Shown here: positions 18,760 through 28,215 of the stretch, piece after piece
Layout: the number at the start of each line of letters is the position of its first letter
How positions within the stretch are numbered: position 1 is the stretch's first letter
Source of the DNA: Oscillospiraceae bacterium
GTDB taxonomy: Bacteria; Bacillota; Clostridia; Oscillospirales; Ruminococcaceae
Length of the DNA stretch: 64,000 bases
Direction of reading: 5' to 3'
NCBI GenBank assembly: GCA_015067315.1
Contig: SVMR01000009.1
Location: forward strand, 16,815 to 80,814
Made by a program: the position numbers and the translations under genes
The notes under the pieces: model-generated
Told to the model about the DNA's origin: nothing
The model's database searches: none
Seen by the model: the letters and a program-made list of their open reading frames with translations, nothing else

Positions 18760-19989
18760 TTATTCTGTCGCCCCTTTCTCGATATCATCAAAATCCTTCA
18801 ATCCTTTGATGACCTTGTAATTTTCCGTCTGCTGCGGAAGATTCTTCTTTTTAAGTTTGTTTTCAAGATATTCTTTTGTGAATTTATAAATTACCGCAAA
18901 GGCGGGAACGCCGATGAACATACCGATGATTCCGAAAATTCCGCCGCCGACGAGGATCGCGAACATTACCCAAAGGGCGGGAAGTCCGGTGCTGTCGCCG
19001 AGGATCTTCGGTCCGATCACGTTTCCGTCAAGCTGCTGGAGAACAAGAACAAAAATTGCGAACCAAAGCGCCTGCCAGGGATCCACCATGAGAAGAATCA
19101 GAACCGAAGGAATTGCGCCGAGGAAAGGTCCGAAGAACGGAATTACGTTTGTGCAGCCGACAATGAAGCTTATGAGCATTGTGAATTCAAGTCCGATAAG
19201 GCTCATTCCGATGAAGCAGAGGATTCCGATTATAAGGGAATCGAGGAGTTTTCCGTTAATGAATCCGCTGAAAATTTTATGGGTTTCCCTTGCGAATCTT
19301 ACAAGATTTGAGGCGGTTCCGGTTTTGAAAACCGCATAAAGTCCTTTTTTAAGCTGTGCAATAAGGGTTTCCTTGCTGTACATAATATAAATCGAAAGAA
19401 CGATTGCGATTACAATATCGAAAACGATATTGCCGATTCTTACGGAAAGGTTTGCAATATTTGCAATCTGGGGGATAAGGTCTTCGCCGTATTCTTTAAG
19501 AAGGGTTGCGAAAACTTCGGAACTAATTTCAAATTCAAGGAAATAGTCAACAAACGGCGCTTCGATTCCGTAAGTTTCGGTAACGTTTTTTACAAAATCC
19601 TGAAGGCTCGAAAGGTAATACGGAATGTTGTTTATGAGCACGTTTATACTTTCTGTAACGTCGGGCATTACGATATAGAAAAACGCGCTTAAAACCGCGA
19701 TTGCCGCAATCCAGCTTACTATAATCGCAAGAACCCTTTTAAGAACTCTCCGGGGCTTTTTCTTTTCCACAAAAGCGAGCTTTTTTTCAAAATACATAAG
19801 GGGACCGTTAAGGAGATACGCAAAAATAATTCCGAAAACAAAAGGACGGAGAATATCCATTGCGGAACCCCAGACCGTTTTTACCTGCCCGAAGTTCTTC
19901 ATCAAAAAATACGCAAAAATAATTCCCGCGCCGGAAATTGTATAAACCGCCGCTTTTTTCGTCATCGCTTTCGTCCATTCAAATTTCAT
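18760..19989 (-). CDS. AI-2E (PerM/YdbI) family transporter
   Basis: Polytopic membrane protein. Start at MKFEWTK with RBS GGGGGA 9 nt upstream. C-terminal family motif GLPALWVMFAILVGGGIFGIIGMFIGVP. Confidence 0.85.
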   Translation of the reverse strand: MKFEWTKAMTKKAAVYTISGAGIIFAYFLMKNFGQVKTVWGSAMDILRPFVFGIIFAYLLNGPLMYFEKKLAFVEKKKPRRVLKRVLAIIVSWIAAIAVLSAFFYIVMPDVTESINVLINNIPYYLSSLQDFVKNVTETYGIEAPFVDYFLEFEISSEVFATLLKEYGEDLIPQIANIANLSVRIGNIVFDIVIAIVLSIYIMYSKETLIAQLKKGLYAVFKTGTASNLVRFARETHKIFSGFINGKLLDSLIIGILCFIGMSLIGLEFTMLISFIVGCTNVIPFFGPFLGAIPSVLILLMVDPWQALWFAIFVLVLQQLDGNVIGPKILGDSTGLPALWVMFAILVGGGIFGIIGMFIGVPAFAVIYKFTKEYLENKLKKKNLPQQTENYKVIKGLKDFDDIEKGATE

Positions 19990-20154
19990 ATTGCTGCTTC
20001 CCCCTTTTTCAGCGTCTTTTCTATATAATAGCATAAGTTAATGTTAAAATCTATTAATTATTTTTTAATTATTGTATTTTACTGACATTTTTATACTTTT
20101 AAAAAAGGCATTTTTGTGCTATATTTTAAACTTGAAGAAGGTGAATTTTAAAAA

Positions 20155-21000
20155 ATGGAATTTCAGGCTGAAATAATAAGAACAATTCAATCCGCCGCAA
20201 CCCCGGCGCTTGATATGATTTTTGAGGGAATAACAATGCTCGGCGAAGATTTTTTCATAATCTTTGTCGCAACTTTGATCTATTGGTGCTTCAATAAGGA
20301 AACCGGATATTGGATCTGCTGGTGCCTTTCCTTCGGAAATCTTTTAATCAATACGGTAAAATGTATCTTTAAGGTTGACCGCCCCATCGGCTATGAAGGA
20401 ATCCGCACCCTTCGGGAACATACCGCCCCGGGATATTCTTTCCCAAGCGGACACACCCACGCTTCCTCGAACTTTTTCTTTTCAATGGCGAAAGCCTTTA
20501 ATAAAAAATGCCTTTGGGGAATTGCAATTATCGTTCCCCTTTTTGTCGGTCTTTCAAGGCTCTATCTTGGGGTTCATTGGCCGATGGATGTCGTCTGCGG
20601 ATACGCAATCGGTCTTCTTGTTCCGCTTCTGCTTTGGAAAATCTATAAAAAATTCAGCGAACGGAAGGCTTTTCTCTTCCTTGCAAGCACCCTTATCTAT
20701 CTTCCGTTTTTCTTTGTCTGCGGCGACGATAAAAGCTTCTGGAAAAGCTTCGGTTTCGCTCTCGGAATTGCGACAGGCGCATTCATCGAACAGAAATTCA
20801 TTAATTTTGAAACAAAAGGCATTTCGGTTAAGCAAAAAATCTTCCGCTATGTCGGAGGAATCGTCCTTGTTCTTGCGGTCTATTTCGGAATGAAGGCAAT
20901 CTGCCCCGAAGGACATATTTTCTCCTTCATCCGCTATTTTTGCATTCCCCTTGCCGCAACGGCAATCTGGCCGGCGGTTTTCAAAAAACTGAAATTCTGA
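20155..21000 (+). CDS. PAP2 family phosphatase (membrane)
   Basis: 281 aa. Three PAP2 motifs: KVDRP, FPSGHTHAS, SRLYLGVHWPMDV. Confidence 0.85.
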   Translation: MEFQAEIIRTIQSAATPALDMIFEGITMLGEDFFIIFVATLIYWCFNKETGYWICWCLSFGNLLINTVKCIFKVDRPIGYEGIRTLREHTAPGYSFPSGHTHASSNFFFSMAKAFNKKCLWGIAIIVPLFVGLSRLYLGVHWPMDVVCGYAIGLLVPLLLWKIYKKFSERKAFLFLASTLIYLPFFFVCGDDKSFWKSFGFALGIATGAFIEQKFINFETKGISVKQKIFRYVGGIVLVLAVYFGMKAICPEGHIFSFIRYFCIPLAATAIWPAVFKKLKF

Positions 21001-21004
21001 CATA

Positions 21005-21036
21005 AAAACGGCGGGCGGAAAGTTCGCCGTTTTTTC
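21005..21036 (+). terminator. rho-independent terminator of the PAP2 gene
   Basis: Hairpin acggcg...cgccgt followed by TTTTT. Confidence 0.7.
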
Positions 21037-21046
21037 GGAGATTTAT

Positions 21047-21688
21047 ATGCGATATTATATGCTCAACAAACCAGGCGGCGTTGTCACAGCAACCTGGGAT
21101 AAATATTCAAAAACGGTTATGGATTGTTTCCCGGGGGAAATCCGCGAAGGACTTTTCCCCGTCGGAAGGCTTGACCGGGATACGGAAGGGCTTCTTATCA
21201 TAACCGACGACGGAGATTTTGCCTTCCGGATGCTCCGTCCGGAATTCGGCATTGCAAAGCGGTATTTTTTCCGCGCCTTCGGCGAAATCGACAAAGAAAA
21301 AATAAAAAAACTTGAAGAAGGCGGCGCTCTTTACGGAAACGGCGAGGAAGCAAAACCGGCTTTTCTTTCGGATATAATTTTGAGCACCGTTGAGCATGAT
21401 TCCGGATTCATCCCGGAGGAATACCGTGCTCACACCCTTAAAAACCCGAAGGGGAAGACCTTTTCCGCGGTCATAACCGTTACCGAAGGAAAGCGCCACG
21501 AGGTAAAACTTCTGCTCAAATCCATCGGCTGCAGGATTTTTTATCTGCAAAGGATCGCCATGGGAAAATTCATGCTCGATACCGTGCTCAAACCCGGCGA
21601 ATTCAGAAAATTTACCCCGGAGGAAGTTTCCTTCGCGGAAGATTACCGGAAAATTTTCATCGATTTAACAAAAAAAGAGCAGGCGTAA
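21047..21688 (+). CDS. pseudouridine synthase (RsuA/RluE family, no S4 domain)
   Basis: 213 aa. Catalytic motif VGRLDRDTEGLLIITDDG. Confidence 0.85.
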   Translation: MRYYMLNKPGGVVTATWDKYSKTVMDCFPGEIREGLFPVGRLDRDTEGLLIITDDGDFAFRMLRPEFGIAKRYFFRAFGEIDKEKIKKLEEGGALYGNGEEAKPAFLSDIILSTVEHDSGFIPEEYRAHTLKNPKGKTFSAVITVTEGKRHEVKLLLKSIGCRIFYLQRIAMGKFMLDTVLKPGEFRKFTPEEVSFAEDYRKIFIDLTKKEQA

Positions 21689-21707
21689 AGCCTGCTCTTG
21701 TTTTTTA
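21670..21707. terminator. bidirectional terminator (pseudouridine synthase / asnA, convergent)
   Basis: Hairpin aagagcagg-cgtaaag-cctgctctt with flanking A and T runs. The stop codon lies in the loop. Confidence 0.85.
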
Positions 21708-21734
21708 GGAGATTTAATGCAAAACGAAAAATGC

Positions 21735-22742
21735 TTAAAGAATATGTATTCCTTCGTTTTCGCATTCAAGAAGCATCTCTTCCGACCAGATTGAGGATTG
21801 GACTTCGCCGATATGGCGTTTTCCGAGAAGGAGCATGCAGATCCTCGACTGACCGAGACCGCCGCCCATGGTCTGGGGAAGTTCGCCGTTAAGAAGCGCT
21901 TTATGGAAAGGAAAATCTGCCCTTTCGATGCAGCCGGAAACCTGGAGCTGGGCATCAAGAGCCTTTGCGTCAACGCGGATTCCCATGGATGAAATCTCGA
22001 AGGCTCTTTCAAGAACCGGGTTCCATACAAGGATATCGCCGTTGAGCATCCAGTCGTCATAGTCCGGCGCTCTTCCGTCATGGGGTTTTCCGCTTTTGAG
22101 CGGAAGACCTATCTGCATAAGGAAAACCGCTCCGGATTTTTTGCAGATTGCGTCTTCCCTTTCCTTCGGGGTCTTTTCAGGATACATATCCTCCAGTTCC
22201 TGGGTTGAAACAAAGGTTATTTCCTCCGGAAGGAAGGGGCGGAAACCCGGGAATCTTCCGCAGAGTTTAAACTGGGTTTCCCGAAGGGCTTCGTAAATAT
22301 CCTTCACCGCGTTTTTAAGGGTATGGAGGTTGCGTTCCTCCGGGTTGATAACTTTTTCCCAGTCCCACTGGTCAACGTAAATCGAATGGAGTTCATCAAG
22401 AGTTTCGTCCCGGCGGATTGCGTTCATATCGGTATAAAGACCGGTTCCGATGGTGAAGCCGTATTTTTTAAGGGCAAGCCTTTTCCATTTTGCAAGAGAT
22501 TGGACAACCTGGACTTTTCTTTTTCCGATATCGAGGATATCGAATTCAACCGGGCGTTCGACACCGCTTAAATTATCGTTAAGACCGGTTTCCGGAAAAA
22601 CAAAAAGGGGCGCGGAAACACGGGTCAGGTTAAGGGCATCCGCAAGTTCCCTTTCAAAGCTGTCTTTAATGAATTTTATCGCAACTTCTGTTTCAAGGAT
22701 ATTGAAATTACCGAAAGTTGCCTCTCTTTCTTCCTTTGTCAC
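21735..22742 (-). CDS. asnA: aspartate--ammonia ligase (asparagine synthetase A)
   Basis: 335 aa with a GTG start and RBS GGAGGG. Class II aaRS-like AsnA sequence along the whole length (LTRVSAPLFV, QSLAKWKR, GGGLGQSR). Confidence 0.9.
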   Translation of the reverse strand: MTKEEREATFGNFNILETEVAIKFIKDSFERELADALNLTRVSAPLFVFPETGLNDNLSGVERPVEFDILDIGKRKVQVVQSLAKWKRLALKKYGFTIGTGLYTDMNAIRRDETLDELHSIYVDQWDWEKVINPEERNLHTLKNAVKDIYEALRETQFKLCGRFPGFRPFLPEEITFVSTQELEDMYPEKTPKEREDAICKKSGAVFLMQIGLPLKSGKPHDGRAPDYDDWMLNGDILVWNPVLERAFEISSMGIRVDAKALDAQLQVSGCIERADFPFHKALLNGELPQTMGGGLGQSRICMLLLGKRHIGEVQSSIWSEEMLLECENEGIHIL

Positions 22743-22778
22743 GGAAAACCCTCCTTCTTTTTAAAAATCATGCTTAAT

Positions 22779-22807
22779 ATTTTAGCACATTAAAGCGATA
22801 TAATCAA
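22779..22807 (-). promoter_or_regulatory. putative sigma-A promoter for asnA
   Basis: On the minus strand: TTGATT (22802-22807), 17-nt spacer, TAAAAT (22779-22784) preceded by TGc. Confidence 0.45.
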
Positions 22808-22849
22808 TGATTTTTTTGCTACAAACAAAATTTCTTTTGCATAATATGC

Positions 22850-22886
22850 TGAAAATAAAAAGGAGGCTCTGCAGGAAGCCTCCTTC
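22850..22886 (-). terminator. rho-independent terminator of the SDR gene
   Basis: Hairpin aggaggct-ctgcagga-agcctcct followed on the minus strand by TTTTTATTTT. Confidence 0.75.
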
Positions 22887-22898
22887 GGATATTAAAAC

Positions 22899-23588
22899 TT
22901 ACGGCATATTGTCTTCGATAAAGGGTCTTATTACAATATCGTGAACACAGCCTTCCTCAATTTCAATGCAATTCTTTATCATTTTTGCAACCGTTTCCGG
23001 TCTTAAATAATTGCTGTTTGCGTTAGGTCTGAAATTTGTGTCAACGCCGCCGGGATATACGCTGCAAACTCCTATATTATCGGCTTTTGCTTCCTTGGTG
23101 AGGATTTTGCTGATTCCTTCCATGGCGTCTTTGGTTGCGCTGTAACTTCCGGTCATCGGGTTATTAAAAAGACAGCAGCTGCTTAATATATTGACAAACA
23201 AACCGCTCTTTTGTGCCGCCATAACGGGATAAATTTCCTGAATCATTCCAAGGGCGCTTACGCAGTTGAGTTCAAACATATACCGAAGGTCATCAAGATT
23301 GATATCCGCTATTTTATCTTTTTTCGTGTTTGCGCCGGCATTGTTGACCAATACATCCACCGTACCGAATTCATTTTTTACCTTTTCGCAAAAACCGCGG
23401 CGTTTTTCTTTATCGGTAATATCGAAACATTCCGCATAAAAATGACAATCATCCAGTTCATTTATCAATTTGCTCATTTTGTCTTCGTTTCTTCCGCAAA
23501 GAGCAAGATTATATTCTTTCGATAACAAAATTGCAAGAGCTTTTCCGATTCCGTCCGTCGCGCCGGTGATTATAACTGTTTTTTTCAT
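22899..23588 (-). CDS. SDR family oxidoreductase
   Basis: Start at MKKTVIITGATDGIGKA (Rossmann TGxxxGIG) with RBS GGGAGG. Catalytic YSATK. The ORF-track start at 23642 is an upstream extension. Confidence 0.85.
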   Translation of the reverse strand: MKKTVIITGATDGIGKALAILLSKEYNLALCGRNEDKMSKLINELDDCHFYAECFDITDKEKRRGFCEKVKNEFGTVDVLVNNAGANTKKDKIADINLDDLRYMFELNCVSALGMIQEIYPVMAAQKSGLFVNILSSCCLFNNPMTGSYSATKDAMEGISKILTKEAKADNIGVCSVYPGGVDTNFRPNANSNYLRPETVAKMIKNCIEIEEGCVHDIVIRPFIEDNMP

Positions 23589-23773
23589 ATACAAAACCTC
23601 CCGGATAAAAATGCGTTTTCGTCTGCCTATATTATAATCCAAAACCCCGTTTTTTCAACCCGCTCAATTTGCATTTTTTATTTTATTTAATTTGTTTAAT
23701 TTTATAATATAATGTGATATAATATTTATTTAGGTAAAAATCATTCTTCCGAAAAACGGAGGTTTTAAAAATT

Positions 23774-25204
23774 ATGACAAACGCAGAAAAATTCTTTGAA
23801 AAAATAAAGGATAAAAAGGTCGCCTTCATCGGAATCGGCGTTTCCCATACGGACGTTATCCGCCAGTTTGCGGAAAAAGGAATCGCAACCGAAGCAAGGG
23901 ACAAAGCCGACCGGGAAAAACTCGGCGAAACGGCTGAACTTCTCGAAAAATCCGGCGCGGTTTTAAAACTCGGCGAAGGATATCTTGACGATATCGATGC
24001 GGATATTGTTTTCAGAACTCCCGGAATGAACTGGTGGAACCCGACCCTTTGCGAACTTCGAAGAGAGGGCAAAGCGGTTACAAGCGAGATGGAAGTTTTC
24101 TTCGATCTCTGCCCCTGCAAAAAATACGCCGTTACCGGTTCCGACGGAAAAACCACCACAACGACCCTTATTTCCGAATTTCTCGCGGCGGAAGGAAAAA
24201 CCGTCCATAAAGGCGGAAACATCGGAAGAGCCCTCCTTCCGATAATCGAGGAAATCAATGACGATGACTGCGCCGTTGTGGAACTTTCCTCCTTCCAGCT
24301 TATCTCCATGAGAACTTCACCGGATGTTGCGGTTGTTACAAACGTTGCGCCGAACCATCTTGACGTTCATAAGGATATGGAGGAATATATTGAAGCGAAG
24401 CGCAACGTCCTCCGCCACCAGAACGCTTTTTCCGTTGCGGTTCTGAACGCGGATAACGTAATAACCAAAAGCATGGCGGAACTTGTTCGGGGCGAACTGC
24501 GCTGGTTCAGCCACCTGAACCCGGTTCAGAACGGCGCTTTCCTTCGGGAAGACGGAATGCTCTGCTATTCCGACCACGGAAAAATCACCGAACTTTTCCA
24601 CAGAAGCGAAATCAAGATTCCCGGACTTCACAACGTAGAAAACTATCTCACCGCAATCGCCGCGACATGGGGCGAGGTTTCCCTTGAAACAATGTATTCC
24701 GTAGCCAAAAACTTCGGCGGCGTTGAACACAGAATCGAACTCTGCCGGGAATTCGAGGGAGTCAAATGGTACAACGATTCCATCGCAACAAGCCCCACCA
24801 GAACCATCGCAGGTCTTTCCTGCTTCGACCAGAAGGTAATTCTTCTTGCGGGCGGTTATGATAAAAACATTCCCTATGCTCCTCTTGCCCCAAGCCTTAT
24901 CGAAAAGGTAAAACTCCTTATCCTTTGCGGAGCAACCGCGCCGAAAATTGCCGAAGCTCTCCGTAACCACCCGGATTATGACGGAAACCCCGAAATTATT
25001 TTCGTCGAGGATATGGAGGAAGCGGTTTCCACCGCCTATGCTTACGCAGAAGAGGGCGACATCGTAACCCTTTCCCCCGCTTCCGCAAGTTTTGACCGCT
25101 ATAAAAACTTCGAGATCCGCGGAAAACATTTTAAGGAACTTGTTTCAAAAATCGGTCAGATCGACGGACTTTCCGCCGATGAACTCTGGCCGGAATATAC
25201 CTGA
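23774..25204 (+). CDS. murD: UDP-N-acetylmuramoyl-L-alanine--D-glutamate ligase
   Basis: 476 aa. P-loop GSDGKTTTTTLI. Mur ligase middle and C-terminal domains. Confidence 0.93.
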   Translation: MTNAEKFFEKIKDKKVAFIGIGVSHTDVIRQFAEKGIATEARDKADREKLGETAELLEKSGAVLKLGEGYLDDIDADIVFRTPGMNWWNPTLCELRREGKAVTSEMEVFFDLCPCKKYAVTGSDGKTTTTTLISEFLAAEGKTVHKGGNIGRALLPIIEEINDDDCAVVELSSFQLISMRTSPDVAVVTNVAPNHLDVHKDMEEYIEAKRNVLRHQNAFSVAVLNADNVITKSMAELVRGELRWFSHLNPVQNGAFLREDGMLCYSDHGKITELFHRSEIKIPGLHNVENYLTAIAATWGEVSLETMYSVAKNFGGVEHRIELCREFEGVKWYNDSIATSPTRTIAGLSCFDQKVILLAGGYDKNIPYAPLAPSLIEKVKLLILCGATAPKIAEALRNHPDYDGNPEIIFVEDMEEAVSTAYAYAEEGDIVTLSPASASFDRYKNFEIRGKHFKELVSKIGQIDGLSADELWPEYT

Positions 25205-25207
25205 ATC

Positions 25208-25336
25208 GCCTCCCTTGCCTAAAGGGAGGGGGACCGTTGCCGTATGGCACGGTGGAGGGATTCTTTAAGCGGAATCCCCCCGTCTTTATTAAATGCAGGC
25301 GTTTAATAAATCCGGTTCCCTTGCCTAAAAGGAACC
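25208..25336 (+). repeat. hairpin-repeat family, short form (R5)
   Basis: Hairpins: cctccctt/aagggagg, accgttgcc/ggcacggt, gagggattc/gaatccc, tttattaaa/tttaataaa, ggttccctt/aaggaacc. Confidence 0.88.
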
Positions 25337-25353
25337 TGTAAAAGGAGAAAATT

Positions 25354-26376
25354 ATGGATACCAGAGATTTGCTTTTAAAATTTTCTTCCGTTGACGGAAA
25401 CTCCGGCGACGAAAAACTTGCCGCAAAAGCCGCCGTTGAACTTCTTTCCGTTTACGGAAAAACTTATATTGACAACCTCGGAAGCGTTATCTGCGAAGTT
25501 GCCCCGAAGAAAAACGGACGCCACGTTATGCTCGACGCACATCTTGACCAGATCGCTCTTCTTGTAATCAACGTTGAAGAAAACGGATTTTTAAGAACCT
25601 ATCCCTGCGGCGGAATCGACCGCAGAGGAATCCACGGAACAAAAGTCCGCGTTCTCGGAAAAGACGGTGAATATTCCGGAATCGTCTGCAGCGTTCCGCC
25701 CCATATCAAGGACGTTAATGACAAAAACCCCGAAAGGGACGAAATTTTCATCGATATCGGTTTCAGCAAGGAAGAAACCGCAAAAAGAGTCCGCATGGGC
25801 GACCGCGTTATGCTTTGCGGAAAATGGAGCGATATCGGAAACGGCTATGTCACCGGCCCGGCTCTTGATGACAGAAGCGGCTGCGTGACCATTCTTGAAG
25901 CTCTTGAAATTCTTAAAGATAAAGAACTCCCCTGCGGTCTTACCGCGGTTTTCTCCACCAGGGAAGAAACCGGCGGTCAGGGTGCCGGCGCCGCAGCTTT
26001 TGCTGTTGCTCCTACCGAAGCCATTGAAATCGACGTCGGTTTCGGAAAAACCCCGGACACCACCGAAATCAATTCAAAAGCAATGAAAAAAGGTCCGGTA
26101 ATCGCTTTCCATCCGACCCTTGATTTGGATATTTCCAAAAAACTCATCGCTCTTTCCGAAAAGAACGAAATTCCTTTCCAGGTCGAAGCCTACGGCGGTT
26201 CCTCAACCGGAACAAACGCGGACGAAATCGCTTCCGCCGGAGCGGGAGTCCGCAGCGGACTTATTTCCATTCCCCAGCAGTATATGCACAGCATTATTGA
26301 AAAAGTTTCCGTCGATGACGTAAAAAATGTCGGAAAACTTCTTGCCGCATTCGTAATGGAAGGAGGAGAAAATTAA
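25354..26376 (+). CDS. M42 family metallopeptidase
   Basis: 340 aa. M42 (FrvX/YsdC-like) pattern MLDAHLDQIA, GPALDDRSG, TREETGGQGA. Confidence 0.85.
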   Translation: MDTRDLLLKFSSVDGNSGDEKLAAKAAVELLSVYGKTYIDNLGSVICEVAPKKNGRHVMLDAHLDQIALLVINVEENGFLRTYPCGGIDRRGIHGTKVRVLGKDGEYSGIVCSVPPHIKDVNDKNPERDEIFIDIGFSKEETAKRVRMGDRVMLCGKWSDIGNGYVTGPALDDRSGCVTILEALEILKDKELPCGLTAVFSTREETGGQGAGAAAFAVAPTEAIEIDVGFGKTPDTTEINSKAMKKGPVIAFHPTLDLDISKKLIALSEKNEIPFQVEAYGGSSTGTNADEIASAGAGVRSGLISIPQQYMHSIIEKVSVDDVKNVGKLLAAFVMEGGEN

Positions 26377-26377
26377 G

Positions 26378-27412
26378 ATGAAAACGTTCCTTGAAAATCT
26401 CGAAGCTCTTTCCCTTGCCGCCGGAACTTCCGGCGACGAATCCGCAGTTAAAAAACTCATCTATGAGGAAGTAATCGGATATCCGGACTGCGTTGCAAAA
26501 ACCGACAACGCCGGAAATCTCATCGTTTCAAAAAAAGGCAAAAAAGAACCGAAAAACCGCCTTATGTTCTCCGCCCATATGGACGAAGTGGGCTTCATCA
26601 TCACCCATATCGACGAAAACGGATTCCTTAAATTCAGCAACGTCGGCGGAATCGACAGCCGCGTAATAGTAGGAAAACGTGTTCGGGTCGGCAAAGGCGG
26701 AATCCCCGGTCTTCTCGGAAGCAAGGCAATTCATCTTGTAAAAAAAGAGGAATTCGATAACCCCACAAAAACCGATTCGCTTTATATCGATATCGGCGCG
26801 GACAGCAAAGAGGAAGCGGAAAAGCTTGTTTCCCTCGGCGACAGAGCGGTTTTTGATTCCGATTTTGAAAAATTCGGCGACGGCTGCGTTATGGGAAAAG
26901 CCCTTGACGACAGAGCAGGCTGCGCCGTTCTTATGGAACTTCTTAAAGAAGAAGCGGAATATGACATCACCGTCTGCTTCACAACAAGGGAGGAAGTCGG
27001 CGGAAACGGCGCCGGAAACGCCGCATTCACCGTAAACCCCGATATTGCCGTTGTTGTTGAAGCAACAAGCGCAGGAGATTTTCCCTGCGTTCCCGGCGAA
27101 AAATTTGTCTGCAAACAGGGCGAAGGTCCCGTTGTTTCCTTCCGTGATAACGGAACTCTTTACGATATGGAACTTTACCGCCATATAATGGAGCTTTGCG
27201 GACAGAAAAACATTCCCGCCCAGACCAAACACGGAATCTGCGGCTTCAATGACGCAAAATTCATCCACCAGACAAGAGGAGGAATCCGCCCGGTTGCGGT
27301 TTCCCTTCCCGCAAGATATATCCACAGCCCCTACGCCAGCATTAAGCTTTCCGACGCTGAGCATACTGTTTCCCTCATCAAAATTCTGAGCAGGGAGCTT
27401 TGCGAAATATGA
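26378..27412 (+). CDS. M42 family metallopeptidase (paralog)
   Basis: 344 aa. MFSAHMDEVGFIITHI, GKALDDRAG, TTREEVGGNGA. Confidence 0.85.
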   Translation: MKTFLENLEALSLAAGTSGDESAVKKLIYEEVIGYPDCVAKTDNAGNLIVSKKGKKEPKNRLMFSAHMDEVGFIITHIDENGFLKFSNVGGIDSRVIVGKRVRVGKGGIPGLLGSKAIHLVKKEEFDNPTKTDSLYIDIGADSKEEAEKLVSLGDRAVFDSDFEKFGDGCVMGKALDDRAGCAVLMELLKEEAEYDITVCFTTREEVGGNGAGNAAFTVNPDIAVVVEATSAGDFPCVPGEKFVCKQGEGPVVSFRDNGTLYDMELYRHIMELCGQKNIPAQTKHGICGFNDAKFIHQTRGGIRPVAVSLPARYIHSPYASIKLSDAEHTVSLIKILSRELCEI

Positions 27413-28215
27413 TAAAGCTTATTGACGATTTAAGCCTTCTCGAAAAGTTTTCGGAAAAGGAACCTTATTTCGGAAGCCTTTTCAATGCGGCGGCGGTTTC
27501 GTTCATGGACGATCCGGAACTTCTGAGCATCTGGGTGGAAATTGATGAGCACGGAGATGCCCGTTCCTTTCTGAACGCAGGCACCGATTCCATTATGCTT
27601 TTTTCTCCCTATGGTTTGCCGGGATTTGAAACGGTTCTTTTCGTAACGAATCTTGTTTCCGGCGGAACGGTGAAGCATATCGAATGCGACGAAAATTCCT
27701 TCGGCGTGCTCAAAAATCTCTTTGATTTTGAAATTGAAAACGCTGTGCAGATGTTCGCCGAAAACCGCATTGATATGCCGGAAAACGGATTTGACTTCCA
27801 AACTTTTGAAAACTTTGACGAAGCCTGGGACGTTACAAAAATCCTTTTTGAAAATGAGGAAAATTCCGTAAAGGATTTTTGGAAACTTAAAATTGTCCGG
27901 GGCGTGCTCAAAAAGCAAAGCACCCTTTTCACTCTTCACGAAGACGGAAAAGCGGTTTCCACCGCCTGCATAAGAGGAAGAACCGGAAATTCCGGCGCAA
28001 TAACCTCCGTTGTAACCCTTCCGGATTCAAGGCATAAAGGCTACGCCTCATATCTCACCGCCCTTTGCGCCGATATGCTTCTTGAGGAGGGAAGAACCCC
28101 CTGGCTTGTTCCCGCAAATCCCGGCGTTCAAAAGATGTACGAAAAACTTGGCTTTAAAGCCGCAAAAACATATTATTATCTTTACAACATAAAAGAAAAG
28201 GAAGACAGAAAATGA
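27409..28215 (+). CDS. GNAT family N-acetyltransferase (C-terminal domain)
   Basis: The ATG at 27409 overlaps the upstream stop (ATGA). RBS cagGGAG. C-terminal acetyl-CoA motif region RHKGYASYLTALCADMLL...KMYEKLGFK. Confidence 0.7.
   Translation: MIKLIDDLSLLEKFSEKEPYFGSLFNAAAVSFMDDPELLSIWVEIDEHGDARSFLNAGTDSIMLFSPYGLPGFETVLFVTNLVSGGTVKHIECDENSFGVLKNLFDFEIENAVQMFAENRIDMPENGFDFQTFENFDEAWDVTKILFENEENSVKDFWKLKIVRGVLKKQSTLFTLHEDGKAVSTACIRGRTGNSGAITSVVTLPDSRHKGYASYLTALCADMLLEEGRTPWLVPANPGVQKMYEKLGFKAAKTYYYLYNIKEKEDRK

Noticed and set aside
23683-24309. 208-aa minus-strand ORF overlapping the murD start region
   Set aside because: It is antisense to murD and its promoter, Ser/Pro-rich and low-complexity, with no RBS.
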